Below, in pieces: positions 1-12,770 of a DNA stretch of 64,000 nt. Source of the stretch: Octopus vulgaris. Taxonomy: Eukaryota. Every line of letters begins with the position of its first letter. The stretch's first letter is position 1. The translations under genes and the position numbers were made by a program. The notes under the pieces were generated by a model that worked only from the letters and a program-made list of their open reading frames with translations, had not been told where the DNA came from and did no database searches. The stretch covers positions 4,588,001 to 4,652,000 of the forward strand of contig OX597824.1 in assembly GCA_951406725.2 (NCBI GenBank), given 5' to 3'.

Positions 1-260
1 GGGTACCATTTGCTTGACACCAGTATCTGCCACGACTGAGTTTGCTCAGTTGGATGGATCTTCTTCTCAAGCACGACACAATGCCAAAGGTCTTGGTCAT
101 TCTTCATTGCCTCCATGAGGCCCAACACTTAAAAGGTGCTCTTTATGTGCCACCGGCACGAGTGCCAGTTATGTGACATCAGCATTGGCCATAACTATGA
201 TTTCACTTGGTTTGATGTGTCTTCTCAAGCAGAACATATCACCAAAGGTCTCAGTCACTT
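1..260 (-). mobile_element. RTE-LINE 3'-end/SINE-tail fragments (tandem, decayed)
   Basis: Similar to the RTE C-terminal/3'UTR segment at 44850-44910 (tcttctca..cacagcat..aaggtctcggtc..tcattgc). Also contains the ggtgct.tttatgtgccaccggcacg sub-repeat shared with SINEs at 48.3 and 52.6 kb. Confidence 0.5.
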
Positions 261-272
261 ATATCTTCCCCC

Positions 273-331
<59 letters not shown>

Positions 332-354
332 CACACACACATATATATATATGG

Positions 355-571
355 GAAGGCATTCATGGCTCCTTGTTTTGACATCACATGATAGTTGTAA
401 ATGAGTGTCACCATAATACAAACAGTATCTTTTATTTCCAATCTTCCATGAAGATGTGTCTGGCTATGGGGAAATATAATCTTACTTGGAAACAAGTGAA
501 GGTTGACAAAATGAAGGACATCTGACCATAGAAAATCTGCTTCAATGAATTCTGTCCAACCCATGCAAGCA
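355..571 (+). mobile_element. SINE fragment with RTE-derived tail
   Basis: Ends in aacccatgcaagca, the tail motif shared with copies at 3.1, 10.8 and 11.3 kb. Confidence 0.6.
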
Positions 572-899
572 CCAAATGAGGTTTATTTTTTTAATACAGT
601 TCCCTTGTGGTCCAGACAACACTTCTTCCATCAGTGATGCAGTTCTTAGATCTCATTGATGAAGAGGCTTTCATCCTGTTGGTCAAAAAGTCATCAACAG
701 CAGATGCATCACCATCACTGGAATATTGGTTCCTAGTCAAGTGTCTTTTCAGGTTGGGAAACAGATAATTGTCAAATGGTGCCAAATCAGGAGAACAGGG
801 AGGGTGATCAACCAGTTCAAAGCCACAGTCACACACAGAGTTCCTTGGAAGCAAGGACTTGAGTGCTGGAGCATTGTCCTGATGAAAGAAGATCCCTGT
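571..899 (-). mobile_element. mariner (DD34D) transposase remnant, C-terminal part
   Basis: ORF 591..1043 contains FFHQDNAPA...GFELVDHPPCSPDLAPFDNYLFPNLK, matching the mariner HDNA and YSPDLAPSD motifs. Confidence 0.88.
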
Positions 900-902
900 G
901 AG

Positions 903-1545
903 GAAAATATGATGATGGATGACAGGCAACAGACTGTATATCGAATAACCAATGCTATTAGCATACCTCGTGAGGTAATTGAGAATATTCTGCACATTTC
1001 TGCATGGTGAGTGCCACATCTTCTGACACCTGATCAAAAACACAGCAGGTTGATCTCATCAAAGGAAAATCTGACATTGAGGTAGATCCAGCTGGTTTCC
1101 TTGAATGTTTCCTAGCTCAAGATAAGTGTTGGCTTCATCACTTTGAGCCAGAGACAAAGAGACAATCCATGCAATGGAATCACTCCTCTCACCTACTCCA
1201 AAGAAGGACAAGGTCGTTTCATTTGCAAAAAGGGCGATGACCTCAGTTTTTTGGATTCCAAAGGCATTGTGCTTATTGACTATCATGAAAAGGGACACAC
1301 CACCAGTGGAGAGTACTTTGCAAACATGCTGAGGAAGTTATGAAAGGCTATCAAGACCAAATGTCTAGGGAAACTGACAAATGAGTCTTGTTACATCAGC
1401 ACACAAGTCCTTGTTTTCAATGGCTGTTGTGCATGATAGTGAAAGAAGTCTATGGACCGCAAGGGGGACTGTGTTGAAAAATAAACCTCATCTGGTCACA
1501 TTCCATGAGAGTATCTTGGTCAGCCAGCTTTTCAGCCAACCCTCG
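903..1545 (+). mobile_element. mariner transposase remnant (HTH to mid catalytic domain, internal deletion) with right terminal repeat
   Basis: Broken frames give DDRQQTV..I...I.I..E.IENILH, W*VPHLLTPDQK, QDKCWLHHFEPETKRQSMQW and DSKGIVLIDYHEKGHTTSGEYFANMLRKL. Ends in cttttcagccaaccctcg, a mariner-type TIR. Confidence 0.85.
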
Positions 1546-2149
1546 CAGACATTAAATCAACGATGATAATGACACACACTCACAACAGAAAGGTTAAACT
1601 CTCTTATTGTTGCCATTAGAATTACTCTCTCTTTGATAATGTGAAGTCTCTAGCAGCTGACATTCCAGATATGCCACCCTAGGCCTAGCTGTCCCATGCC
1701 CAAGGGTGAGGTATTTAATCCCTAACACCAGAATAGATTACAACTCCTGTCCATGCTGATCATCCAGCCTCACTTGTAACCCAACACCTTCAAACTTGAT
1801 TACTGCCATGTAAAGGTTGTTGCCACTAATGGGCTTACATGTCCCCTGAATGACAACAGAGCTAGTGACCCATACTAACATCCCACTCTACAATAAATGG
1901 TACCCATTACAAGGAACTGATGTTGATGAATACATTTTAGTACTGCTTGCTACTGAAGTAGCAATAGCATCCGGCCAACATCTTGTCCAAGTACACGGCC
2001 TAAGAATAAAGAAAATAGCTGGTGACCCAAGATGACCAATAGAGGCCTAACATTTTGAACCCTCTTGAGCTTCTCTCAAATCTCTCACTCTTCATTTGAG
2101 TCAAACTGTTGTTTATTAAATATATTTATATATATGCTTATATATATAG

Positions 2150-2560
2150 CCATCATTACCATCTAACTTTTATGCTGGCATGAGTTGGACAGTTTGACAG
2201 AATTCAATTAGTCCGAGGACTGCATCATGCTCCAAGATCTCCTTTGGCATGACTGGATGCTCTGCCTAATGCCAACCACTTTACAGAGTGTAGTGGGTGG
2301 GGGTTTTTTTGTAGCATCAGTTCTAGTCAGATTGCCATGCAGTTTACAAATCCCCTTCAGCTGAGGGGATCTGTAGTAAAGTGGAAGGTGGTTTATACTA
2401 GGAGATGAGAGATTAAAATATGAAAGAGGGAGTCAGAACAGAACTGGGTTCTTGCTGTAGAGAATACACATGTCTACCCTCATTATACAAGCGGAGGTAA
2501 CCAGGATGGGGCTGGAAAGCTAAATAAAATAATGGTAATGAGGTGTAAGGATAGACCTTT
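2150..2560 (-). mobile_element. SINE/RTE 3'UTR-related fragment
   Basis: atgctggcatgagttggacagtttgac and ctggatgctctgcctaatgccaaccac match the family at 34.2, 48.1, 52.7 and 62.4 kb. Confidence 0.55.
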
Positions 2561-3029
2561 CGGGTATATAAGTAGGCAATTAGGATTGCATGGGGACAGA
2601 AAGACAAGAAGTGTGGGTGAGTAGAGTTTACAAAAGTGTAAAAGGAGAGTGGGAGATGCTTAGAAATGAAGAAAGAGGGTGGAGAAGAGTTTAATGAATA
2701 AAGAGCAAGGGTAGAGGAGGGATCAATGATAAATGCAGGTGAGAGTGAAAGTAGGGGAGAATTAGTTATGACTGCAGAGACTGGGTGGAGTTGAATAGTG
2801 GACAAGGGTGGAGAGATGACCAATGTTATATAGAAGTTGGGAAGGCAGGTAGAAGAGAGGGAGAGATGTTGATGACAGCCAAATCAGAAAGAGATGAAGA
2901 GCAGCAGAATAGTAGTAATAATAGAGTAGACAGAGAAAGGATGAGGGAAAAGGACATGGTGTGTAGATGTGTGTGTAGGTTGTAAGAATGTGAGAAGAGA
3001 AGCGGATTTATAGATACATGCTTGCTTGC

Positions 3030-3065
<36 letters not shown>

Positions 3066-3290
3066 TCATCAACATCATCATTTTAACATCCACTTTTCCA
3101 TGCTTGCATGGATCAGATGAAATCTGCCAAAAGCAGATTTTCTACAGCCGGAGGATCTTCCTGTCACCAAACCCCACCTGTTTCCAAGTAAAGTAAATTT
3201 TGCTATGATCTGGTTGGGAATGAGGGACATCACTTGCATGGGGGTTAACACTGGTTTACAACTATCATTCAGTATCAATGTAAGGAAATG
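3066..3290 (-). mobile_element. SINE with RTE-type tail
   Basis: catcatcattttaacatccacttttccatgcttgcatgg is the reverse complement of the family tail. Confidence 0.6.
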
Positions 3291-3345
3291 GTAACACACA
3301 CAGACACACATCTTCATATACATATACATTATATGTGCATATATA

Positions 3346-3736
3346 TCTCTATATGTATAAAGCTGAAGTTGTCTGTGTATGGCAGGTTTGGTAGCCTTCA
3401 ACTAACAATATCTCCTCCGAGACCCTGTGGCGCAAGTTGACCAAAATTGAGAGTATGATAGAAGAAGCCTTGCTCTTCCTTCTGTAGAAGAAAAAATTCA
3501 AATTGGACCATGTTAACACCAAAAATTATTTACATCAAAAAGGTGCTTTTTTTCTATGAAAATCCCTATTTTTACGATTTTTTGACTGCTGTGTTGCCAT
3601 TTTTCGGTATATTTCAACCAGGAAAATGTTCACCTAAAGAGAATAACAAGCTACATAATGCAAAATTTTTACTTTTCAAAAATTCCAATTCTAAAGGGTC
3701 GAAACAAACCCGAGCAACGCCGGGCGACACTGCTAG
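3346..3736 (+). mobile_element. Non-autonomous Helitron
   Basis: 5' TC (A|TCTCTATATGTATAAAG), GC-rich subterminal hairpin CCCGAGCAACGCCGGG at 3709-3724, 3' CTAG at 3733-3736, inserted between A and T with no TSD. Confidence 0.8.
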
Positions 3737-3859
3737 TATACACACACACATATATATATACACACACATATATATATATACACACACATATATATGAATA
3801 ACTAAATAAATGGAGTTGAACAAAAATGTTAATAAAATTCTTATATATATATGATGGAT

Positions 3860-4020
3860 ATCTTACAGTTCCCATTTACCAAATCCACTCACAAGTCTTT
3901 GGTCAGCCCAAGGCTACTCCAGCTAAAGACACTTGCCCAAGGTGCTGTGCAGTGAGATTGAAAATGAAACAATGTGGTTGGGAAGTAAACTTCTTAACCA
4001 CGCAGCCATGCCGGCACCTG
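3860..4020 (-). mobile_element. tRNA-derived CORE-like SINE
   Basis: Minus strand reads ggcatggctgcgtggttaagaag (box A-like) then caccttgggcaagtgtctt (CORE-like segment). Confidence 0.75.
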
Positions 4021-4085
4021 CACGATACACACACACACACACACACATAATATATTGCCGGCATGGGAAGTTTTGATGTTAAATG

Positions 4086-4122
<37 letters not shown>

Positions 4123-4353
4123 ATAGGTAGATAGATAGGTATACAGATAATGCTATTTATTAAAATACACACAGGGATAGAGAGAGGGTGGGTGGGGAGA
4201 GAAATATACAAAGAGAGAAAGAGAAAGAGAGAGGGGTGGGGAGAGAGATATACAGAAATAGAAAGAGAGAGAGAGAGAGAGAGGGGTGGGGAGAGATATA
4301 TACACAGAGAGAGATAGAGAGAGAGAAACATGAGAGAATATATGTACTTGTAA

Positions 4354-4391
<38 letters not shown>

Positions 4392-4600
4392 CAGAACAAG
4401 GAGACTTAGATGACCATAAATGTTAAAAATCAACACTGCCACTACCAACCAACCAACCAACACCACTACAACCACCACTACCATCCACATCACCAACATC
4501 ATCATCATCACCACCACAACCATCAGCATCACCAACAGTAAGCGGTTTACTTAATGGGTGATTTCCATTTTATTGCCTAGTGTTGGAACCTCAGCGGCTC

Positions 4601-4712
4601 TCATGTGATCAGCTTACCATCATGTGACTGACGTGTCGTTGATCATGTGATTGATGCATTCAACATGTGACCGGCTCGCCATTGTGTGATTAGTTGATAG
4701 CATGTTATTGGT
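4601..4712. promoter_or_regulatory. Phased cluster of CATGTGA E-box/M-box-like sites with CRE half-site and CCAAT box (putative regulatory element)
   Basis: CATGTGA at 4602, 4621, 4644 and 4664, degenerate copies at 4683 and 4701, TGACGT at 4629, ATTGG at 4707, in a non-repeat CpG-containing island. Confidence 0.4.
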
Positions 4713-5800
4713 TGAGTTCTTATTTATTATCAACTTTACAAATTAATTTTGTTGTTCTTGTTATTTGGGTCTTTTTTTTGTGTTGTTGCTTTTTTTTCTT
4801 TGAATTGTCGGTTTTTTTGTTTTTATCTGCAATTCTTCTTTCTTTTTGATTTTTTCTTTATTGTAATATGCTGCTGTTGTTGTTGTTGTTTTTTTGCTTT
4901 TCATATGTTGTTGTTCTCCTTGTTGTTGCTGTTGTTATCACTGTTATAATTTGTTCTCTTCTTTTCTTTTGTGCTCCTGATCCCGGTCTTGTTGTTAGGT
5001 GTTGTTATACTCTTTATCTTCTTCTTCTTCTTCTTCTTCTTCTTGTGTCTCTATTATTTTTGTACTTTTTTGGTGTTTCGTTGGTTGTTTATTGATTTTT
5101 GCTCCTTATTTTTTGCCATATTTTTGTGTAATGTTGTTCTTATTGTTGTTATATGTTCCTTTAATTTTTCATGTGTTGTTATTGTTGTTTTAATTGCTGG
5201 TATTGCCATTTTATACATGTTGTGTATGTGTGTGCATGTGTGTATGTGTGTGTGCATGTGTGTGTGTGTGTGTGAGTGCATGTGTGTGTGTGTGTGTATG
5301 TCTTTGTGTATTTTAACGCTCTATTGATTTGATGAGTTAGTTTCCCGTGTTCAGCGTGTGTACGCGTATGAGAATGCGCATCTGTGTAGAGGCGCATGTT
5401 GTTGTTGTTACTGATGCTGTTGTTTCCCTATATTCTTCTTGATCTTGATGATTACGAGAATAACGATGATCAGGATGATGATGTTGATGCTGCTGTTGCA
5501 GTTGTTGTTCTAGTTGTTTACCAGTTCTTATTGTTTATGTTCATTCATTAATGTAACATGTTCTTTTGTTAACCTGTACCCCATTAATAAAAAGAAAGAA
5601 AAAAAGGAAAAAAGAAAAAAAAAGAAAAAGAAAAACAATCAAAGAGGAGGAAGAGAAGGCAGAAAGAGCGTGGAATGCAGGGTGGGTAACTTTAAAGGGT
5701 AGTGTATTGCTATCAGCTTGTGAAAGAATACAGAAAAAGGTGTACGCTTATACATATATGCGTATGTGTTTGTGAATGTATAATAAGGAGGATAATAATG

Positions 5801-5805
<5 letters not shown>

Positions 5806-5882
<77 letters not shown>

Positions 5883-5950
5883 ATGTCTGTTCATGATACA
5901 GTGTGTGTGTGTGTGTGTGTAAATGTGTGTATGTGTATGTGTGTGTGTGA
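5806..5950. repeat. (TA)n and (TG)n microsatellites
   Basis: Direct reading. Confidence 0.95.
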
Positions 5951-6184
5951 GGTGGTGTAGTACAGTGTGTATGTGGAAGAAGGGAGGAGGTGGCTGGGAA
6001 AGTGTGTATGCGTGAGTGAGTGTGTATTAGGGGTGGAGGGGTTGGTTAAATCAATGGGTATTTGGGTAAATGTTATGTTTGTGTATCCGGGTGTCTAAAT
6101 GATTATGTATGCATGTGTGCAGAGTGATAAGCATTTTTTTATATTTCATGCACAAGATCACAAGCACGTGTGTGTGTGGGTGCA

Positions 6185-6235
<51 letters not shown>

Positions 6236-6441
6236 CTGTGCTACTTTATGTGTCTGTGTGTGTTTGAGCATGGAGAGCCTGGGCAGACACTATGTATGGT
6301 TTAATAAATGTTTTTTTGTGTAAACTGGGTACGTGTGCACTCGGTTATTTGTGTATGTGTGTTAATATGTCTGCATTAATGTGTATGTTAGGGTATGTTA
6401 AAGTGTGTGTGTGTGTGTGCAGGGAGGTGAGAATGTGTGTC

Positions 6442-6502
<61 letters not shown>

Positions 6503-6554
6503 TGTGTGTGTGTGTATATAGTACTTATTTATATATATAATATATATACATTTA

Positions 6555-6596
<42 letters not shown>

Positions 6597-6629
6597 TATG
6601 TGTGTGTGTGTGTATTCTTTTATTGTTTT

Positions 6630-6836
6630 ATTCTTATATTTGTTTCAGTCATTTGACTGCGGCCATGCTGCAGCACCATCTTTAGTTGAGAAAATTGACT
6701 CTAGGACTTATTTTTTGTAAGCCTAGTACTTATTCTATCAGTCACTTTTGCCGAACTGCTAAGTTTTTACCAAACCAGCATCAGTTGTCAAGCAATGTGT
6801 GTGTGGAGGGACAAACATACACACACACATGCACAA

Positions 6837-6869
<33 letters not shown>

Positions 6870-7036
6870 GACAGGCTTCCTTCAGTTTCCATCTACTAAA
6901 TCCACTTACAAGGGTTTTGTCGGCCCGAGGCTTATAGTAGCAGACACTTACTTGCCCAAGGTGCCACACAGTGGGACTGAACCTGGAAACATGTGGTTGG
7001 TAAGCAAGCTTCTTACCACACAGCCACTCCTGCACC

Positions 7037-7037
<1 letters not shown>
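6630..7037 (-). mobile_element. Near full-length composite tRNA-SINE
   Basis: Collinear with copies at 20342-20757 and 44000-44305. tRNA-like head at the 7037 end, internal (CA/TA)n tract. Confidence 0.8.
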
Positions 7038-7080
<43 letters not shown>

Positions 7081-8859
7081 AAGGAGAATGCACATAGGTT
7101 ATACACACCTCAAACACCCACAAATTTCAACTACTTACCACCATAGACACACACACACTCTTTGAATAAGTGTATGTATATGGTTGTGTTTGAAAATCTG
7201 TGCTGCCTCTGTGGTTTTCTATCTCTGAGTATGGGAATCCTTGTATGCCTGTGCATTTGTATGTGTAAGTTTGGATGTGTGTGGGTATACATGCATACCT
7301 AAGTACATGCATACCTAAGTACATGCATGCATAAATGCATGCATGTGTGTGTGTGTGCTAGTGCATATTAGCAAACATACATAGATATATTTATGTGTGC
7401 AAGTGAGTGAGTGCATGTGTGTTAGTGTGGGGGGGGGATGAGAGAGAGAGAGAGGTGGGGGATGGCAATAAAAATATGGAATGCAGGCTCCAAGATAGCT
7501 GAATCCTTTGTCACACAGTGGGAAAATATGTGGTAATGGTGGAGGTGCTGGGGGTGTGGTTATAATTGGCCGTGTAACAGTCTTCACCCATTCTACCCCA
7601 TTCAGAATCCTTTGAACCAAAGCACTCTCTGGAATGAAACAACTGTAGGTAGGGGTGGTATATGGAAATATTTGTGTAGTATTAGATGGTGAGATGGAGA
7701 TGGAACTGGGTGAAGAAGAACAAGCAGGGGTGGCACATGGAGAGATTTTTGCATGGCACTTTCTCTTGTTAGTTGTTAGTTATTGATCTCAAAGCAAAAT
7801 AATAAATAAAATACACTGTTTGTTTGGGAATATTTTATCATCAACGATGACCTAATCGAATCATTTTAAGCTCTTTGACCCTTAATTTATATCACATGAC
7901 CAAGCATTTTTCTTTATTTCTTTAGATCCAAATAAACTTATTTGTATGTTTATTTCTCAAAAACAAAAACATACAAACTGATAGATATGGTATATGAAAA
8001 AAAAAAGAATTGAAATATAATTAGATTTTTTGTTTGTTGTTTTTTTAACATAGAACACAATAGAACCTAGAAATAACAGAGCAAAGAAAAATAGAGGGAA
8101 AGGAAATTGTGCTAATGTACCAAAAAAAAAGTACTTTAAACAATACACCTTACAAGAATAGAGAAGCACAACTGGTTGGGTTGATAGGATTTGTTGTTCA
8201 TATCCTGTTGACAACATTGCACTAAAAAAACTTAACTCTCAAATGGCTAAATCCACAGAGCTATGATTAGGTACTATAAAGAGATACAGTTCATTGCTAA
8301 AAGAAGTAACAGTATGGGATATTTAACAAGTATTTTAATCTGAGAGCATTAAATTAAAATTTCCTTGTAAGCGTTGCTTGTAGAAAGATAAGTTCTGTCA
8401 CACAATGACTCGCCCAGCAAATGGTGGGAGTGGATCACATAACTTGGTGGCTCGTATGGACAGTGTAGGATATACAGAGAGAAGTCAGTCTCTAAATGCT
8501 TCTCATATATTTAAATTACACAGATGGGAGAATTAAAATTGGAAATTGAAATATCACGGACATTCTCATTAATTATACACAGCTTCGGTTGTTCAAATAG
8601 ACAAAACTGTGAAGATACACAGCATGTCCCAATTGTGATTGCCAAGAAACAGAGTATGACCGAATGGTGAACTGTCAAAATACAGAACATAGCCAATGAT
8701 GAACTACCAAAATTCACAGCATGGCCCCTTGGTGTGAACTGCTAATACACATAATAGAGTCCAAAATGTAGAAATGATACTTCAATTTGGGAACAATTTA
8801 ATTACATCAATGATAGGGCATAAAATTAAGCATCTGTTCTGAGGTCAAGTTGTTACTGC

Positions 8860-9060
8860 TTAACTTCAGGTCAGCCTTTATTGAGCAGACCTATGATCAA
8901 AAGCATTCCAGCCATGGCTGTTCCATCTTTTTGTGTAACTAATACTACATTATCTAATATCTTTTCATTACTTAAAGCAACGGGGTCTGATTTGATAGAC
9001 TTCTGCTGATATTTCTAACAAGTCAAGCTACTGTGTAGGGACTCATTTATCGACTCATCT
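8860..9060 (-). mobile_element. Old SINE family with (CAA)n tail
   Basis: aggtcagcc...gagcagacctatgatcaaaagcattccagccatg. Homologous segments at ~13.2, 17.9, 24.5, 24.8, 31.9, 41.8, 42.4, 42.7, 43.6, 50.0 and 57.9 kb. Confidence 0.55.
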
Positions 9061-10373
9061 TAAATCAAGAATTTGTAAGAGTTTATCTATGCATGTGCAG
9101 ATAGATGCACTCAGCCATTCACTGTCTCTGTCTCTCTCTGTCTCTTCCTCACTCACACACACACACACTCACACAACTGTATAGAATTATTATAATGTAC
9201 ACTTTATGCAGATGTGCTTTGTTCAAAGTTGATAATGTTATTTCAGAACTTAATGACAATGTGGAATTTAAAATTTATGTAATCATAGCAAAACAGTAAA
9301 ATTCAATCCAACATTGGTAGATAGTGATACAAAAACTTTACAAAATGGAATCATTTATTTTTCCACAAAGTTTAATGTTTTGGGCACTACTCCTCCATCA
9401 GAGGGTAATGAAATATTTACCAATAGTCATGAATAAATGAATTCAGGAGTAAAATGGGAGTAAATTGTTTTTTCTATTTGAATTAACCCAAAAGGCATAA
9501 TATTTAAATTTAAATTCCAAATATTCTAAAGCTTTCACTTCTTGTTTTGTACTTTTCCAGGTTTAATTAATTAAGAATATCATTCCTGCACCTGTATTTT
9601 TCTTTCTAGTCTACTCTTTTTTACAGGAAATGCTTTTTACAAACAGAAAAGCATTTGTTACACAGACAAAATTCAGAAAGTATAAAACCGACTACATTAT
9701 TATTATTTTTATCATTTAACAAGAAGCTTAGAAAGATAAATTTCATAAACTGACAAAAAGTAAATGGAAAAGACATTTTAAAAAGAAACAGTAAGCGCCA
9801 TGAAATAGTCAAAAGAATTTTTTTTTAAATTATTTATTTTAGCTAATCAAAGATCTAAATAAAATTTTAAGTTAAGGAAATTTCTTAAGGGAAAATATTA
9901 ATTAGAAAAGAATTTTTTTAGAGAATATGCAAGAGAATCCACATAGCCTCTTTGCTTTTTGCTTCTTTTCTTCATGAATATACACAGAGACAGGCAGTAG
10001 TTACATAGTGACCAACACACTGACACACAAGTTTAGTAATTGTAGGACTTCTGGATATTAAAGAAAAAGGGAGAAGCTCCAGAAAGAACAGACTCCACTG
10101 CAAATAACAAAGGTAAAAATATTAAAGCTGTGATCACTTGACCTGCTAGAAACAACAACCAAGTTTCATATAAATTTTTATAATTTTTGTGGGCTGAAAT
10201 GGTTGTTCCATAATAAACTTTTACCCTACAATATTTAATAAACTGGTTATACATGTGAAAAATAACCATTTTCAAAGAATAAGGAGAACTGAGGGTTGTG
10301 TCTGAACTTTCCTTCCCCTCAAAAATATTAGATTATTGAATATCTTATGGTACAAGTTTAATACACACACACA

Positions 10374-10406
<33 letters not shown>

Positions 10407-10409
10407 GCA

Positions 10410-10570
10410 CAAGCATGGCCGTGTGGTGAGAAGTTTGCTTTCCAACCACACGGTTCCTGGTTAAATCCTAGACTATGGCGTCTTGGGCAAATATCTTCTG
10501 TTATTGCCCTGGCTGACCAAATCCTTGTGAGTGGATTTAGTAGACAGAAGCTGAAGTAAGTCTGTTGTCT
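10410..10570 (+). mobile_element. tRNA-derived CORE-like SINE
   Basis: gcatggccgtgtggtgagaagtttgcttccaaccac...cttgggcaaatatcttct...gtgagtggatttagtagacag. Confidence 0.75.
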
Positions 10571-10809
10571 ATATATGTGTGTATATGTATCAACTTGTTG
10601 CCAACAGTTGTTAGGGTTAGAGTTGCCAGCAAGTGTCTTTGTTAATTGATACACTGTTTGTTACCCAAGATGTTTTATGTTGGAAACATTCTTTGTCAAC
10701 TGATTTGTTCATGATGAGAGGCATTTGCAAACCAAGGCTCTTTTGTATATGTGCATGTGTTTGTGTGTGTGTGTGCACATATACATGCGTGTACATGCGT
10801 GTTTATGTG

Positions 10810-11060
10810 TTACTATATCCTTGGCATCATGTCATAATCACAAACAAATGTCACCTTTATACAAGTGGTATCCCTCTTTCCAGATCTTCTGGAGAAACAT
10901 GTCTAGTTATGGGGAAATGTTACCTTACTTGAAAACAAGTGAGAGCTGGCAACATGAAGGGCATCCAGCTGTTCAAAACATCCACCTCAACAAAATTCTG
11001 TTCAATCCTTGAGAGCATCAAAAAATATATGTAAAAATGATGACAGTGATGATGATGTCA
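10810..11060 (+). mobile_element. SINE with RTE-type tail
   Basis: Same body as 355-571, ends in a (gat)n tail. Confidence 0.55.
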
Positions 11061-11334
11061 TTATATATAACTCTTCCCCAACATCACAGTCTTGGCTTTC
11101 TAAATCGCACTTTTCCTTTTGTGCTCTGCAAGCTGGAGCAACAGCTGGATGACTGGGAGGCTTGTTTCCAAACTATGTGGTCTCGGGTTTGGCACCACTA
11201 TGTGAAAAGTGTCTTCTACTGCAGCCCTGAGCTGCCTAAAGCCTTGCGGGTGGACTTGGAACACAGAGAACATAGGGAAGTCCCATCATATATGTGTAAG
11301 TATATATGTATGCTTGTGTGTGTGCGCATGTGCA

Positions 11335-11572
11335 TGTGTCTCTTGATATCGTGCGATGATTGTAAATGTGCAGCAGCATCATAGGAGCAATGTTGCTTAT
11401 TTCCAGTTTTCTTTCAGAAATATGTCCATTCATGGGGCACGTTACCATGCTTAGAAACAAGTAACGGTTGGTGAATGGAAGTGCATCCAGCTGTAAAAAG
11501 TCTGCCACAAAAATTTCATCTGATTCATGCAAGCAAGGAAAAGTAGATGCTATATAATGATGATGATGATGA
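11335..11572 (+). mobile_element. SINE with RTE-type tail
   Basis: gcatccagctgtaaaaa...catgcaagcaaggaaaagtagatg followed by (gat)n. Confidence 0.55.
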
Positions 11573-11666
11573 TATATATATATATATATATATATATGGT
11601 TTATATATGTGATGATGATGATGATATATATATACATATATACACACACACACATATATCTATCTA

Positions 11667-11714
<48 letters not shown>

Positions 11715-12544
11715 TATATATATAATTACCCTCTTTGGAGTGTATATATAGCCAGGGTTCTGCCATCTCCCATAAATGCAATTCTGAGATTTACAACTTA
11801 AAATTATCCTCTTCTTGTTGAAAGAGATTTGGCTGCTAAACTAAATAATCTCAGATGACTACATAAAAACTCTCTTACAGGCTTACGTTAACTGGCTTTA
11901 TCAAAGAAAACTCAATAATCACAGAAAATTCTCACAGCAGGAATATTAAATGGTTCACTCATAATAAAAAATAGAAATTTTCTTGACACATTCTTCTCAA
12001 TATATTTTTAAAATTAAAGACAACAGTCTTTCCCCAATTGATATGAAAATGGTCAATAGTAATTTGCTGAATATCATGGCATGACCAAATATAGAATTCC
12101 TGGTTCTTTTTTATTACATGATGCTTCTAATATTGTTGCTATATATCAACTCATAGCCTAACTTCATAAATTTATGATTAAAATGCAGCGTGTGTGAAAG
12201 TGTGTGTGTGTGTGCGTGCGCATGTATGTGTGTTTAATGTGAAAGTCCGTTAATTAACTGACATCAATACTCTAAACATAAAATCATAATCCCTCCCCCC
12301 ACACACACACACCATCATCGTAATAATGTCCAACAGAATAATGAAAAGTGAAAAGCAAAAGCTCTGCCAATTTTCCCACCCTACTTAGGCTGGGAAAACA
12401 AATACGCTCTCATTCCCTACTAACCTAATGCTGTCGGACAGAATGAATGACTCAACATCAAAACTGGTTAACAGGTTTCAACTTGTGTATTTAATCAAAA
12501 ATGCATCAACAATTCAAAGAACTCTGTGTACGTGTGTGTGTGAT

Positions 12545-12547
12545 AAT

Positions 12548-12594
<47 letters not shown>

Positions 12595-12647
12595 TATATA
12601 TATATATATACACACACATACATATATATATACACACACACACACAT

Positions 12648-12680
<33 letters not shown>

Positions 12681-12700
12681 TATATACATATATGTGTGTG

Positions 12701-12749
<49 letters not shown>

Positions 12750-12770
12750 ATGCGTGTGTGTGCATGTGCT
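12545..12770. repeat. Compound (TA)n/(CA)n/(TG)n microsatellite
   Basis: Direct reading; the source of the spurious YI/HT/CV ORFs. Confidence 0.95.

Noticed and set aside
7315-7650. Minus-strand ORF with a proline-rich segment
   Set aside because: No recognisable homology, and it runs into microsatellite-derived sequence.
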